Both the position numbers and the translations under genes were made by a program. A DNA stretch of 64,000 nt, taken from positions 1 through 64,000 of the forward strand of contig NW_019029017.1 of the NCBI RefSeq assembly GCF_002105155.1. The letters run 5' to 3'. This stretch comes from Lobosporangium transversale. Lineage: Eukaryota. The notes under the pieces were generated by a model. It worked only from the letters and a program-made list of their open reading frames with translations, had not been told where the DNA came from and did no database searches. Below are positions 11,174-23,800 of this stretch, piece after piece. Each line of letters begins with the position of its first letter. Position 1 is the first letter of the stretch.

Positions 11174-12668
11174 GAAAAGTTATTACTGAACTAATTCACT
11201 TCCCCAAGTTGATTGTTGCTGCCATCCAAGGTATGTAAAAAGCAGAAAGCGGCAAGTAAAAATGTAAACCGTGGGTTGTTCCTTAAATTTCTGATCAATT
11301 GGGCCGAAAATTTTCTGAGACAAAAGTTAAATGTTGTGTTCGGAAATGGTGGCCAGCCGAGTCAGAGGGTCAAGCTTGTGGCTCTTTTGGCTAGACTCTT
11401 TCAAATATAAATGGTTTACTTAACAAAATCCTTATAATTGAAAAAGGACTAAAAAAGAGCGACAAGCTTGACCCTCTGAGCCGAGTTAAAAACATGGGTT
11501 TTTGTTAAGCGGTTTTTTGTCAAACATGGGTTTTTGTTAAGCGGTTTTTTGTCAAACATGGGTTTTTGTTTAGCGGTTTTTTGTTAAACATGTAACATAC
11601 ACATGCAAACATATTAAGTGGCATATTCAGAACTCGACATTTAGCGTCATCATGACGCAGAGAGTATCCGTGAAAACCATACAGATATTGTAACAACAAA
11701 CTCACAGATGCTTCTGTGCTAACTCTTATGATATATCATCAATTTGTACTAGGTCCCGCCATTGGATTTGCTGTGACATCCGCTGCCCTCTGCGATGTTG
11801 TCTATGCTGTACCGGAGGCTACTTTCAATACGCCTTTTATGCAATTTGGTAAGCAACTCGCTTTCAGCTTTTTCGAAGATAAATCAGAACAAGTAGAGCA
11901 CATATTTGATGCAATTATCGACTTCTCATCCATTCATACAACTCTTTGTCTAATATCTACATTGGGGATTTAGGCTTCTGTGCTGAGGCTTGCTCATCTC
12001 TGATTCTCCCTAGGTAAGACGAATCACATGAGTCACATTAGACTCCAAAACCATGTTTAACTCATGAAGAAAGCTAAGACTTGCCATTTAACAATGTTCT
12101 TTAGGGTTATGGGATATTCTCGTGCCAATGAGATGCTTGTGAGTTTATTGTACCAAGGGATTGCCCAATATTAAGCAGTAATGTTGTGGAAGCTGAATAG
12201 GTTTCAGTATTTGGTCATCAGTATTTATACTCCTATTTATTTTTCGATATAATTAGCTCATGGGTCGCAAATTTACTGCAGAAGAGATGAAGGAAGCCGG
12301 CGTAGTCTCCAGGATCTTTCCTAAGGAGACTTTTATGGAGGAAGTACTCAAGCTTACTACCGCTGCTGCTAAGTTCCCACCACAGGCAATGAAGGATACT
12401 AAGGCTTTGATCCGCGACTGCGATTATAAGAGATTGGACGAACTTAGTGCCCGTGAGATGACTCTTCTTGGGGTCAGGATGTCATCTGAAGAATCTGCTC
12501 AGGCTATCATGGAGTTTATGAGTGAGTTGTTTTCATCTTTTAACCTTTATGAGTTATAGGATCAATGTACGGGCAACTAATGTCTTTTTTTTTTTTTTTT
12601 TTTTTTTTCTCTTCTGAACCCAATTGTTCTTAGTGGCCAAGCACCAACGCAAGCAGAGCAAGTTGTAG
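10777..12668 (+). CDS. Peroxisomal enoyl-CoA delta isomerase / crotonase superfamily (ECI2/Eci1-like)
   Basis: Seven exons (10777-11069, 11175-11230, 11753-11848, 11974-12013, 12105-12138, 12257-12521, 12634-12668). Crotonase motifs FNRPKRYNAL, LTGNGKYYSSG, GPAIG, TFNTPFMQFGFCAEACSS. Ends KHQRKQSKL* (PTS1). Confidence 0.88.
11363..11478. mobile_element. Non-autonomous MITE, hAT-like (116 bp, 8-bp TSD AGCCGAGT)
   Basis: Terminal inverted repeats CAGAGGGTCAAGCTTGT(G/C)GCTCTTTT (25/26 identity), extending imperfectly to about 47 bp. Identical 8-mer AGCCGAGT at 11355-11362 and 11479-11486. Lies inside intron 2 of the crotonase gene. Confidence 0.85.
11490..11592. repeat. 32-bp minisatellite, about 3.2 copies
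   Basis: Unit AAACATGGGTTTTTGTTAAGCGGTTTTTTGTC starting at 11490, 11522, 11554 and partially at 11586. Confidence 0.9.
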
Positions 12669-12821
12669 ATGTCATCAATAAAGTGTATTGACTATTGATC
12701 TTTTTCTGTCATGAGATGTATCCAACCATGAACGCGTCACACGCGCTTTTCCAAAATGCAGTCCGAGATTGTTTTTCAAAATGCTTTGTGTTGATCTGCT
12801 GTTTTTCCTTTTTTTCTTTTT

Positions 12822-12857
<36 letters not shown>

Positions 12858-13773
12858 CCTTCCCTAAGTAAGTATCCATACCTATTATCTTATATTAGTC
12901 TACCTGTCCATCCCTCCTTTCATCCATCCATCCATCCATTCATTATTATGGCTTGACAACTGCTTATTTATTATTAACCTCTCCACGCACACACACACAC
13001 ATACATGACCCTTCAGTCAAGTTGGCATGTAACCTGATTCTATCGTGACCGGATCTATTTTTTTTACGAACCTATCAATCTGTTCATATCCAAGAGTTAG
13101 TCCCAGAGGACTTTTGCAGTTTATGTTGTGATGATAACTTCATGCTATTAACCCAGCTCGTCTAAGGACAATAAATACTTTTGTTCCTCATGAGATCACT
13201 TTATGCTGACACATATCCTCAAACTGTCCTTTTCCTTCTTTGGAAATCGTGATGAGATTTCCACGTTTTTGTCGTATCATAACTAACCTGTCAAATCATT
13301 TTTGTGTTTTTGGTTGTTGGAAGAAGCTAGGCAAATAGGCTACAAAAGACGAACTAGTTCAACACGAAAGTCTTTTTTGGCAGTTGTGACAACTTTTAAG
13401 ATAAACAAAGCAAACATAGCACCGCCTTTTTGTATTAAATGAAGAACGATTCTTTAACGACTTTACAAATCTTGGAAACTTTGGGTTGGACAGATCAATG
13501 TCTGCCGTTCATGTAGTAAATGTTTAAATGCTAAAAAAAAGATAAAATAGCGAACCTTTTGGTTGTTTTGCAATAGTATGAAGGATAAACAGTGTTGCAG
13601 AGTGTTGCACAGAGTATGTCAGCATGTGCCAATTGCTGTGCGTCTCACAGAGGGCAGTCTCGGTATGGATATCATTTATCAGCGGTAAAATGACGTGCAA
13701 AAAAAAAAAAAAAAAAAAAAAACAAACAACTCCCCCCACGGAAAACTTTTTCTTTTTTCCTTTCATTCTAACT

Positions 13774-13810
13774 CCAGTCTAGTCTAGTCCAGTCCAGTCC
13801 AGTCCAGTCC
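13774..13810. repeat. (CYAGT)n pentanucleotide microsatellite upstream of PTC7
   Basis: ccagt ctagt ctagt ccagt x4, about 100 bp before the ATG at 13917. Confidence 0.8.
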
Positions 13811-13916
13811 ATTTTCTCCACTCACTCTCTTTCCATTCTTTCCACTCATTACTCTCCTCTTCATCCATCCTTTTTTTCACACTTCACATTCCACCCTTTT
13901 ACCTGTCAACATCCGG

Positions 13917-15223
13917 ATGCTTGGAAGAAATGCCACTCGTCCCCTTGGCATGGCCCCGCGCCTTGCTGCTCTCTACAACACTGCAGCATCTAACCGGATA
14001 GCCCATTGGATCTCAAAGCCGTTTACTATGGCTCATATGCAACGTTATCTTTCTGTTGCACCCCAACTTCTACTTACTCACCCTCAACAACCACAGCCTT
14101 TTTGTAATAATACTTCAATCATTAGCCCTACTGGATCACTTGAGGTTACTTCTGCAGTTTGTCAAGTACATACCTCCGCTACTTCATTACAACAACAACA
14201 CCAACATCATCAACGACAACACCAATTCGATCCCTTATCGTCAGAAAAGACGCAGGCCTCATCCCCTTCTGCTTCTGATTCTGCTCCTGCTTCTGCTCCT
14301 GCTTCTGTTCCTGCTTCTGCTTTTGTTTCAACTTCTACCAGCACTACAGATCCCAGTGCTGCAACTACCAGTGGCCCTACTTCTGTGACTAGCAACGGTA
14401 CCGCCGCCAACCCAGCTTCGTCCGTTCCAGCATCAGGAACTGCAGTAGCCTTCAATTATCTCTTGGCTGCATCTTGGCATCCTAAATCTCGCAACCTGAG
14501 ACGGACATCCGCTTCATTATCTGCAGCGTCTTCTTCCACCTCTGGATCAGATGACGACGAAGATGAGAACAAAGTAAAGTGGTGGAAACAAAAACTGAGA
14601 GTTGGAAAAGTTGATGCAGGAGAGGATGCATTCTTCCATGTATCAACGCCGAGCAGAGTTGCACTAGGAGTCGCTGATGGTGTTGGAGGCTGGTCTGAGG
14701 TAAAGATTTTTTTCTAGAGATGAGATGATATCTTAATGGATCAAAGAAAGGGAGGACATGCATAATCAAAGTGGCGATTGGACAGCAGATGATCCCACGG
14801 CTACTTTTTTTTTTTTTTTTTTTTCCTCTTCTCTTTCTCCTTTTGTCTTGTGTTAATTACAACTTATTTATGCACACCATTTTTCTGAATAGGTTGGTGT
14901 TGACCCAGCCTTGTTCTCATGGGCTTTAATGGACAATGCAGAAACAATGGCTCGCCTGACAGATAACGATCATTCCGATTCTAAAGGAGGTAGTAACGGA
15001 AATAATGGTCAAAAGTCTAACAGAATTCCTCTGGATGCTCAATCGATCCTAGATGGGGCTTATAAAGAATTGGTCCAGAGCGGCAAAGTTCAAGCAGGTA
15101 ACAGAGACAGTCTAGTCGAATTAAATGTGTTGGACAAAAATAACTTGGCTTTGTTTACAATTGCTTTTGTGCAAAACTGTGAGCAAATAGACCCAACAAT
15201 GTGGAAGTTGAGCCTCAATTGAA

Positions 15224-15259
<36 letters not shown>

Positions 15260-15895
15260 CACATATTGTTGTTGGGTCTTTTTAAATACCTTCTTCAAAT
15301 AATAGGATCAAGCACGGCGTGTATCCTCTCGTTGTGCAAGATGACAGGTACATTGCGCGCTTCCAACCTAGGTGACAGCGCCTACCTGTTGATTCGCGAT
15401 AATAAATGTATTTATGAGTCTCCTTCGCAACAACATTTTTGGAATTGTCCCTATCAGCTCACTATTCTCCCGCCAGGATACCCTGGTGCTAATCATCATG
15501 TGATGGATACTCCAAAGGATGCAGCCCAGTCAACTCATCAATTGCAGGACGGAGACGTGATTGTGCTGGCCACGGATGGATTCTGGGATAATGTCTTTAC
15601 GAAAGAGGCTATCGAGCTGGTCGAACGAGAGTTGGGCGATATCATTGAACAATCTAGACTTCGTCGTCTGGGTCAGACGATAACACCTTATCAAGGATCT
15701 GATAGTGATATTGTGGGCCGAGTGCGAGCACTCTCCCAGCGTCTGACTAACACTGCAAGGCGGTTCTCATTGGATCAAAAGAGGAGGACACCATTTAGCC
15801 AGAGTGCTCGCCATATCAGGACAGGAGGCAAAATAGACGATATCACTGTCATTGTAACTCTTGTAAGAGCACGCAGCAATCTTGAGAACGCCTAG
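13917..15895 (+). CDS. PTC7: Protein phosphatase PTC7 (PP2C family), probably mitochondrial
   Basis: Exons 13917-14699, 14893-15097, 15306-15895. Motifs GEDAFF, GVADGVGGWSEVGVDPALFS, AGSSTAC, SNLGDS, QQHFWNCPYQL, LATDGFWDN, GGKIDDITVIV. Arg-rich, acid-free N-terminus resembles a presequence. Confidence 0.92.
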
Positions 15896-15927
15896 TGTCT
15901 ATAGCATCCTACATTCGAGGCCGCTTC

Positions 15928-15961
<34 letters not shown>

Positions 15962-16279
15962 TTGTTTGGCTTCCTTACTATTATGATAATTGTTATTATT
16001 GTTATTATTACTTTTTTTTTTTTTTTTTTTTTTTACAAAATTTGTAGCATTACTTTTTTTTTTCTTCCTCTGCTTTTAGACTATATGCCCATGTAAAATA
16101 TAACGCTTCTATTTCATTTTAAACTCATGTACACAAACACCTGTTCCATATTAAACAAGACAATATTCATATCGATACTTTTATATGGAGAGCAAGAGAA
16201 TCAATCTTGCTCAAATTTGTCTGGGGCGTCATTGGGATGGGATTCGATTTATTTTCGCTTTATATCATGGGTCTTGGTT

Positions 16280-19200
16280 TCACAACTCAAAGATCGAAAT
16301 TTTCCCCGCACCTTGCAATATGGTTGCATCTTTGTCGGAAGGTCCAAAGATGCCAATCACCGTCTCGCTGTCACGCTCATTAATGGCAATTCGACAGGGT
16401 CCAGTCAAAAATGGATCATCTTCTTGTACGCATAATTCTGTTGGTTGATGACCATCCGATACCATTGTTGTTGCTGCCGTTAATGCTGTTGGCGCTACAA
16501 TAGGTGCGTCGTCCTTTTCGCCTGTTGTGACTTTGTTAGCACCAGATTCTACGCGCGACATGATTGTTGGGTCAGTTGCTGGAGCGACAGCTCGTGACTT
16601 ATTGATTGGGAGTGTGTACATGGTCAGTGACGATGAAGGATCTAATATAAGTGGAAGCACCTGATCGAGTAAGCAGGTGGAACCTAAATCGGATGAAATG
16701 AGATGCGATATTGACTGGAAAGGTCGCCCAGAACTTTGCAATGGTATAGAGACTAAAAACTGCTCGTGTAGTTGTTGCTGCTGCTGTATATTTGTAGCGA
16801 GCACAACAGTAGTTACTCTATGCACCGGAGGGTTGGATGAGTTGAGTAGTACACCGAGGGTGTTGTCATCAATGAAGCATATGTCTCGGACATCATACGT
16901 GGGCTTTCCCCCTCTATCCTCCTGCTTTCGTCCGGAGACAACCGAGATTTCCGACTCTGGCCTTTCTTCATTTGGCCACCCATGCTCCTGGAGGGAAAAA
17001 AAGGCGACCTCAATAGTTGGGACTACTTTGTTCCATTTAATACTAACTTCCTCCTCTTCATCTTCTGACCCCCCTTCAAAGGCAGACACTGGTGTGCTGT
17101 TCCCAGTACGGCTAGTGAGATCTGGAGTAGGTGAATGCATAGCAAGTGCGTCAAATGTCGAAGATGTCGTTGGCAATGGCGATCCAGGCGTTGCAGATCG
17201 TGAAGAGGATTTCGTCCGCGCTCTAGAGGACGCTGATGCAATAATGCTTTCGCCTGTTAAAGAAGCTTTCCGTTTTTGACCGGATCGTGTCATGACCCCT
17301 GATGAAAAAGGTTGTAAAAAGAGTAATTGATGCTGATGCGTGGAAGATTGAGGTCTGTTATCTGAGAGAGGAAGGCATATGGCACTGCTTTGTTGCGTGT
17401 CTTCACGGTGTTGTTTATTCTTATCCTTATTAAACCCTTTGTCGAGGCTGTCGTAAGATGGCCGACTTTTAGATTTTTTCCGTGTGCGGAGGATGCATAC
17501 TAATTAACAAATGTTTTTAAGCCAGTTACTTAAAAAAGGACTTCATGGTTTAAGAGTATATCGAAGCTTAAGCTTAGGCTTACGAGAGGGCTCAGGGAAC
17601 AAGGTCGACGGCGCAAGATAAAGAGCCAAGGTATACCAAGGGTCTGGTTCCTGTTGGTAGAGACCGTGTGCGAAAGATTTGAAAAATAATTTTAACATTC
17701 AGCTAAGAAAATAGTGATAATTAATAAAGGTAATCACATGAGGGTGTTCCTTACATAGTAGCAATAACGTGTGGCCAGACGCAAGCGCCTACAGCTTTGC
17801 TTTGCAGGGGCAAGCAGCTCCAGTGTATGTGCAACTTTCATGCTTTTAGAAATAGCTTCTGCAGGGCCCTCAAATATCACGAGGCAGCAACGCGTCATCA
17901 AACTGAGGTGCCTATCCAATGGTAATGACAGTGACGACTTTTTCTTGGCTGTCGAGCCTGACGATTGCGGTAGTTTGGAGTGCATGTTTTCGATAACATG
18001 GTTAGTAGGTAATGATGCTGCTTCTTTAGAACTACCCTCATTTCCATCTCGGAAAAAGGCATTGAGACCAACATTTGAAAGGCTCGATTGGAGATATTCT
18101 GATACAGCCTGGTAGTCGACCGGTGGAAATACCCTTGGCCCATCATCTATATGATCGCCAGTCCGTACGGTCGGCTCTATAGCTTCTAGTACTGATTAAG
18201 TCGACATAAGATATACATTTCAAAGGTTAAATATATTACACGTCCTTTTTATATTGTACTTTCTGATCTTTGCCCTCGTTCAATAAATGAATGCGTGACA
18301 AATCCTTACCTCGTTCAAGCCAGTTTTCGAATTCAGAAAAGCGTTTAATCTCAACCTTCAATACCAGGAAAAGATGTTCGATCAAGCCTACGAAATCACC
18401 AACAGCCTTGATGCTGTCGCGAACCGCTGCTTCTTCCAAACGTAATGGCCTATAGCGCTCGCCCCTAGACGACAGGTTATATGAGAGCCAAAAACAATGG
18501 CTAGAATCAGCTGATAGCCCGAGATTTTAACCAATAAAGAGCTGTCACACATCACAGGACCTTACCATCGACTGCAACCAAGAATATCGGAGAGATGGAT
18601 AAGTAGCCGTTCACAGGCAGGAATCATACATTCAAAGGCCACTCGATGAATATTTGTGTGTGCCGCCCTCACTGATTCGTTCCATCGCTTGAGGCCATCA
18701 CGTCGAAGTTCTTGCTGTAAATAATAATCCATGCTTGGGCTAGGAAGCCCTGTCACAAGCAGTTGAAGAAACTCGTATGTTGGAGTTGTCGCCTCTATAG
18801 CATTACATTTCAAGTTAATACTGATAGACCTAGAATTTATATTTCGTATCTACTAAGGCCTATAGGACCTACCTCCATTGTTCGTCAAAGCCCGTTGTAG
18901 GCTGTCGGTACAATCCTCGTTTAACTGACTAATCCTTTTAAACTCGGCTTCCAGGACGCGGAGACTGTCTGAAATATATTTTAGAAGATTAATGATGGGT
19001 CGTCTCTTGAGCCCCAAAACTCGGATCTCTCGCGATTGTCTGTGAAGTAGGTCTGAAGTAACAGTAATTTGAACGAGGCGTTTGCCTCCAACCTCGTCAC
19101 TCTCTGTGGACAAGTGCTGATACGACACCAGTGCATCAAATGTGAGCTCTGAAAGATCGAGCGAAATATCCATTTGCAGTATATCGACTGCCTAATCATG

Positions 19201-20411
19201 TATCGTGTATTGCTTTGCATTTTAGCTGCGTGACATAGGCGCATATGAACATAAAATAAAATATTAGAGAATCGTTGAGACGAGCTCTTACTGCGATATA
19301 TCCGAGTCCATATGCCTTGAGCAATGCTGTCAAAGAGACGGGATATGTCTCGAACCCTGCGAAGAGTCTCAGCTTAAAGCACCCATGACTGTCTCCTGCA
19401 ATAAGTACATTCATAACATCGCCACTCTCTTCATCCGGTTCGTCGGTGGCTCCCGCTAATGCTAAAATATCTTTCTTGGCATCCCCTGGGAGCCCTGTTG
19501 TATTGCTCCCTCCAATAATGGAAGGCCTGAGCAACATCCTTGCAGCCATTTTCTGCTGTACACTTGACTGTGGAACTGGTGAAAGGAATGGCATGGATTC
19601 CAAAATTGACATCGGATATTGCTACACGGAATGGGTGTCAATGCAGATAAAACAGTATGTCAAAGAAAGGATACAAATGGCAAATCCCATGTAAAGTATG
19701 CATGCGTGGACATAAAGTAAAAGACTCTTGAAATCATGAACATTTACATGCGCATTAAAGATCGAAGGCTGTGTGTAGTCTTCGATATGGATGTCGGTCC
19801 ATTTGAGGTATTGTATGCTATCCATAGCTATAAGCGAGATCCCAGGCAGCACTGTTTGAGTGTTGTAAGAAGGCTCCATTTTGTACGCCAACGACCCATC
19901 TCGATAATCATAGACATTAATTTGTCCGTTGCTCAAGCCCACTGCAATCATTTGACCTAAAAAATATGGTTGACGGAGCTTAATACCCTTGATCCTTGTC
20001 TACCTTTCTTTTCTAAAGTTATTGAACAGAATTGACATGAAAGTTACCATCTGGTTGCCATGCCAGAGATACAGCATTTACATTCGAAGGCTCCTTGGCC
20101 TGATTAACATCATTATCTATCGCTGCTGTCCCGAAGCGCAATGAATGTAGATAAGGATTTCTCGTAGCATATCCTATACCACTATTTTGACTGAGGCTTT
20201 GGTAACCATTAAATCCAGAGATAGCATCTGTTCGGACCCGAACAGTCCAATGTCTTTCCCATGATAATCTGTAGAGGTCAAGATTATTTTGGTGATCAAC
20301 CAGAGCAAGCAGATCTGCTGTTGGACAAAACGCTTCCAATCGGTGACCTGCCGGGAATTGCTTTTCTGAATTGAATTGGAATGTAGAGGGGTTTAATGAG
20401 ACTGAAGACAT
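16280..20411 (-). CDS. APC4: Anaphase-promoting complex subunit 4 (Apc4/Cut20)
   Basis: Multi-exon. N-terminal WD40 region FCPTADLLALV...LYRLSWERHW, SLAWQPDG, IAVGLSNGQINVYD. Helical region EFLQLLVTGLPS...GLKRW...MIPACERLLIHLSDILGCSRW and EIKRFSEFENWL match Apc4. Start may be 20411 or 20480. Confidence 0.85.
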
Positions 20412-20871
20412 GGTTTTGAGATCTCTAATGGTAGCTTTAGTTAGTCTAACCAACAAAGGTCCTTGAGTTGAGTCATTCATGAATGTACATCCGCATGTGC
20501 TGGTATTGCCCTGAAAGATCCTCTAAAAAGACTATTACATGCCATTTTTGGTGGCGGTTGCAGGCAAACTCATTATTACGCGCGCTTTTATTTTTTGCCA
20601 CGCGGTTCTTTTTTTCCCTCTCCCGCCCCCATACAGCTCAGCAGCATTTATTTTTATGAAATACGGAAGCTCATTGTCAACACTTCACTGACGTACCACT
20701 GTAAATATTTCTGTCTCGAGTCAATTGAGCTCTTAGGCCTCATTACTTCATTCACTTTGACATTTCAAGTTCTCTCCTTCTCTTCTTTCCGTAACTTGGC
20801 TTCTTGCTTTGCTGATACGTTCCAAGAACGCTTGGTCATCCAGACTCTTGCTCGGACGCATCTCTCGCATC

Positions 20872-23800
20872 ATGAACACAGAGGGGGACCTCACTAACCT
20901 TATCAGCACCGCACAGCAGCCTCAACCACAACAACCACCACAACAACCACAGCAACGACAGCAACAGCAATCCGTGCAGCAAGACGAAACTACTGATTCT
21001 ACTTCAACTGGTTTGCCACCAGAACATATTTCTTCTACGACTGCCCCTCCATCATCGCCCCCCAAGGATGTTACTGCTGTCAGTGCTTCTTGTACTCGAC
21101 AATATGCCATGCTTCGCGCTTCCAAGAAATTTCGTCCTCCTATCTCTATCTTCGACTTGCCATGTCAACCGGCTTCGGCCCCTCCACAAGATACTGAAAG
21201 TTTCTTTGCACATCTTGACACGGTTGAAAAGACATTAGAGGAAGAAGACGCTGGCCAAATCCCTAAAGCACTCGAGACAGGGCCGCAGATTGTGGTCGAG
21301 TCACTCAACAAGAAGCGCAGGCGTGTTCCAACTACATCAGAGCAACCTTTAGAAATATCTACAGAAATCATACCAGAGCCACCGCCTGCAGAAGCATTAG
21401 ATGATAAACTGACTCCACAGGGCTTTCTATCAAATCCTTTGCCGTTTTCGCAATCATCCTCCTCATCAGCATCGATGGGCATTACATCTGAATCGCCTTC
21501 TATTTCATCCAGTTCGTCTGGTTCTCTATCTTTCACCGGCGACACAGCAGCCACGACCACTACAGATGATATGAATGACTCTATGCCAAAGGATAAAAAG
21601 GTTCGATTTTCTCAGGACCCAGCAGAAATCCACCTGATAAAAAACTGGAGGAGACGGGCCAGCAAGCGAAAAGAACGACACTTTATTCGCCATTCAGCCA
21701 TCGTAAAGCACCCTAATGCTTTGCAGGGCATCAGTACCACAGACACATCGGATACAAACACTATGCCACCAAGAGGCAGAATTCTCTCGGCAGACTTGCC
21801 AAGCTATGAGGACCAGCAATTTCATGAATGGCTAGCAGGGACCTCACCACCACCGCCAATGCCGGAGCCTGTGACACAACAAATGTCGGGAATCGTAGCT
21901 GAGAATTCACAAAAGCCATCAACAAAGAAGAAACGATTTAGTGAAAGGCTTCGGGGACCTTTAAAAACACAACAGGAAGAACCTTTGCCTGTGGAAGCCA
22001 AGGGGTCATCATCAATGATTGACGGCCATGAATCAGAACAAATCAGCATGTCAAAGCAGCTTGCTTCTGATCAGGATCAGAGTCAGGACCCCAATGAAGA
22101 TACTGTGGAACTAGAGTTTGTTCCTGAGACACAGGAGGAGGCTTCAATGGATCCCGAGGGAACCAGTAAGGAGATTGCTTCAGAAAAGAATACAAGTACT
22201 AGCATCCCTCAAACAAATACTATCATAACTCGTATCCCAGGTCCATCCATGCCAACCATCTTCAACACAAAGAAACATAACGATATACTAGACAAGGGCG
22301 ATGAAAGCGCATCAGCAACTACACTAAAGCCCAACAATATGACAGTCGATGCTATAGGAGAGCTCATACAGGTCGACTCTGATCTCGAAGAAAAATCGGT
22401 CAATCTGGACGGTATTATTGAAAATACATCGTCTAGTACGAATACTGCGCTTGATTTGCAAGCAATTACAGCGTCTTCTAAGGGGAAGGCTAAGAAGGAT
22501 AAGGAGCCAGTGAAAACAGTTGCAGCAATGATTAGACCAAGACGGAAGCTTGTGGCTCCTTCAAAGTCTTCACATATAGTTGAACCACAATCGGAGAAAC
22601 CTAGTAGCAATATGAGTTCTGATGTTGCGGCAGGAAAAAAACATGCACCTTTAGCCCGTACTATCTCATTGATAAGTATAGAGGATGATGACGACGATAC
22701 TAAGGTCGCAGATATTGATAAAGCGCCAACACCACCAATGCCACAGACGAATATGGCATCTAAACCTGGCAGCACTGCAAGGCAGACACAGGCTTCTGTT
22801 AAAAAAGGCAAAAAACCTGCTACCACCGAGTCGCCAGCGTTGCCATCATCGTCCAAAGCGAAAACCATTGCACTCTCCGAGTTAAGCCTCTATGTCATTC
22901 CAAATAACATGGATACTGCTATATTCAATATTACCCGAAAGCGCGTGATAGAGTTGCATGGGAAATGGCTTGGCCCCGCGTTTAAGGTACTCTCTACAGA
23001 CCCTCGCGCCAAAGCTGAAATCCCACCGTTAGATCAGGAGAATACTACCCACATTGTCACAGCCTTTACGAGTGTTGAAGAAGTGAAACGTTTTTTCAAT
23101 GTAACTACAATCAATGTAAGTACGTAAACAGGGTCAAAAATGTTAGGCAAAAAAGAGAGTATACTAGCGCCTAGATGATGTTCTAAAATTGGTCCTTGCT
23201 CATCCTATGGTAGCCTAAAATCGCGATTGTAAACAGAGATTGGTTATCGGATTCAATTATGTTTAAACGGCCGATGGAGGCACAGGGTTATGCCCTTCGG
23301 AAAACATACGCGCTGCCCTCAGGCTCAAAAATACCTTCACAAGACGAAACTCCACCACATACACAGCACTGGGAGGAGAGAATTGAGGGCTCATCAACCA
23401 AAAATGATAATAAGCGGCTCGGCGAATTTGAAAGCACAGAGAATAGTCACGACAATGTCTTTAAGGAGATCATGCAAGGGATTCAAGAAGGATCTTTAGA
23501 TGTAAGTTACTGCTCCTACCTTCAGATTGTAAGGTTTTTATGATGTGTTTGTTGATAAGTATCAATCTGTATCTTTTAGGATGCTGAGCTTTCTGATGGT
23601 CAAGATAATAACGGGGATGCCACAGAAAGAAATGATGTAGCGCAAGAGGCAATTCCAGAGTTAACAAAACCCAAAAGCAAAGTATCCGAAGAGAAGCTTC
23701 CGTATGGGCTTACTCCAGAAGTGACCCAGCAACTGACAAAAGAGAACAGATGTTTCAATTGTAAGGAAGTTGGACATAGTGTGGATCGCTGTCCTCATCG

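Noticed and set aside
11490..11592. 32-bp repeat as a CRISPR array
   Set aside because: The units are directly adjacent with no unique spacers, there are no cas genes, and it lies in a eukaryotic intron.
23751..23792. Zinc knuckle as a retrotransposon gag remnant
   Set aside because: No LTR, protease, RT or integrase nearby, and the motif sits in an in-frame exon of the polymerase with canonical splice sites.
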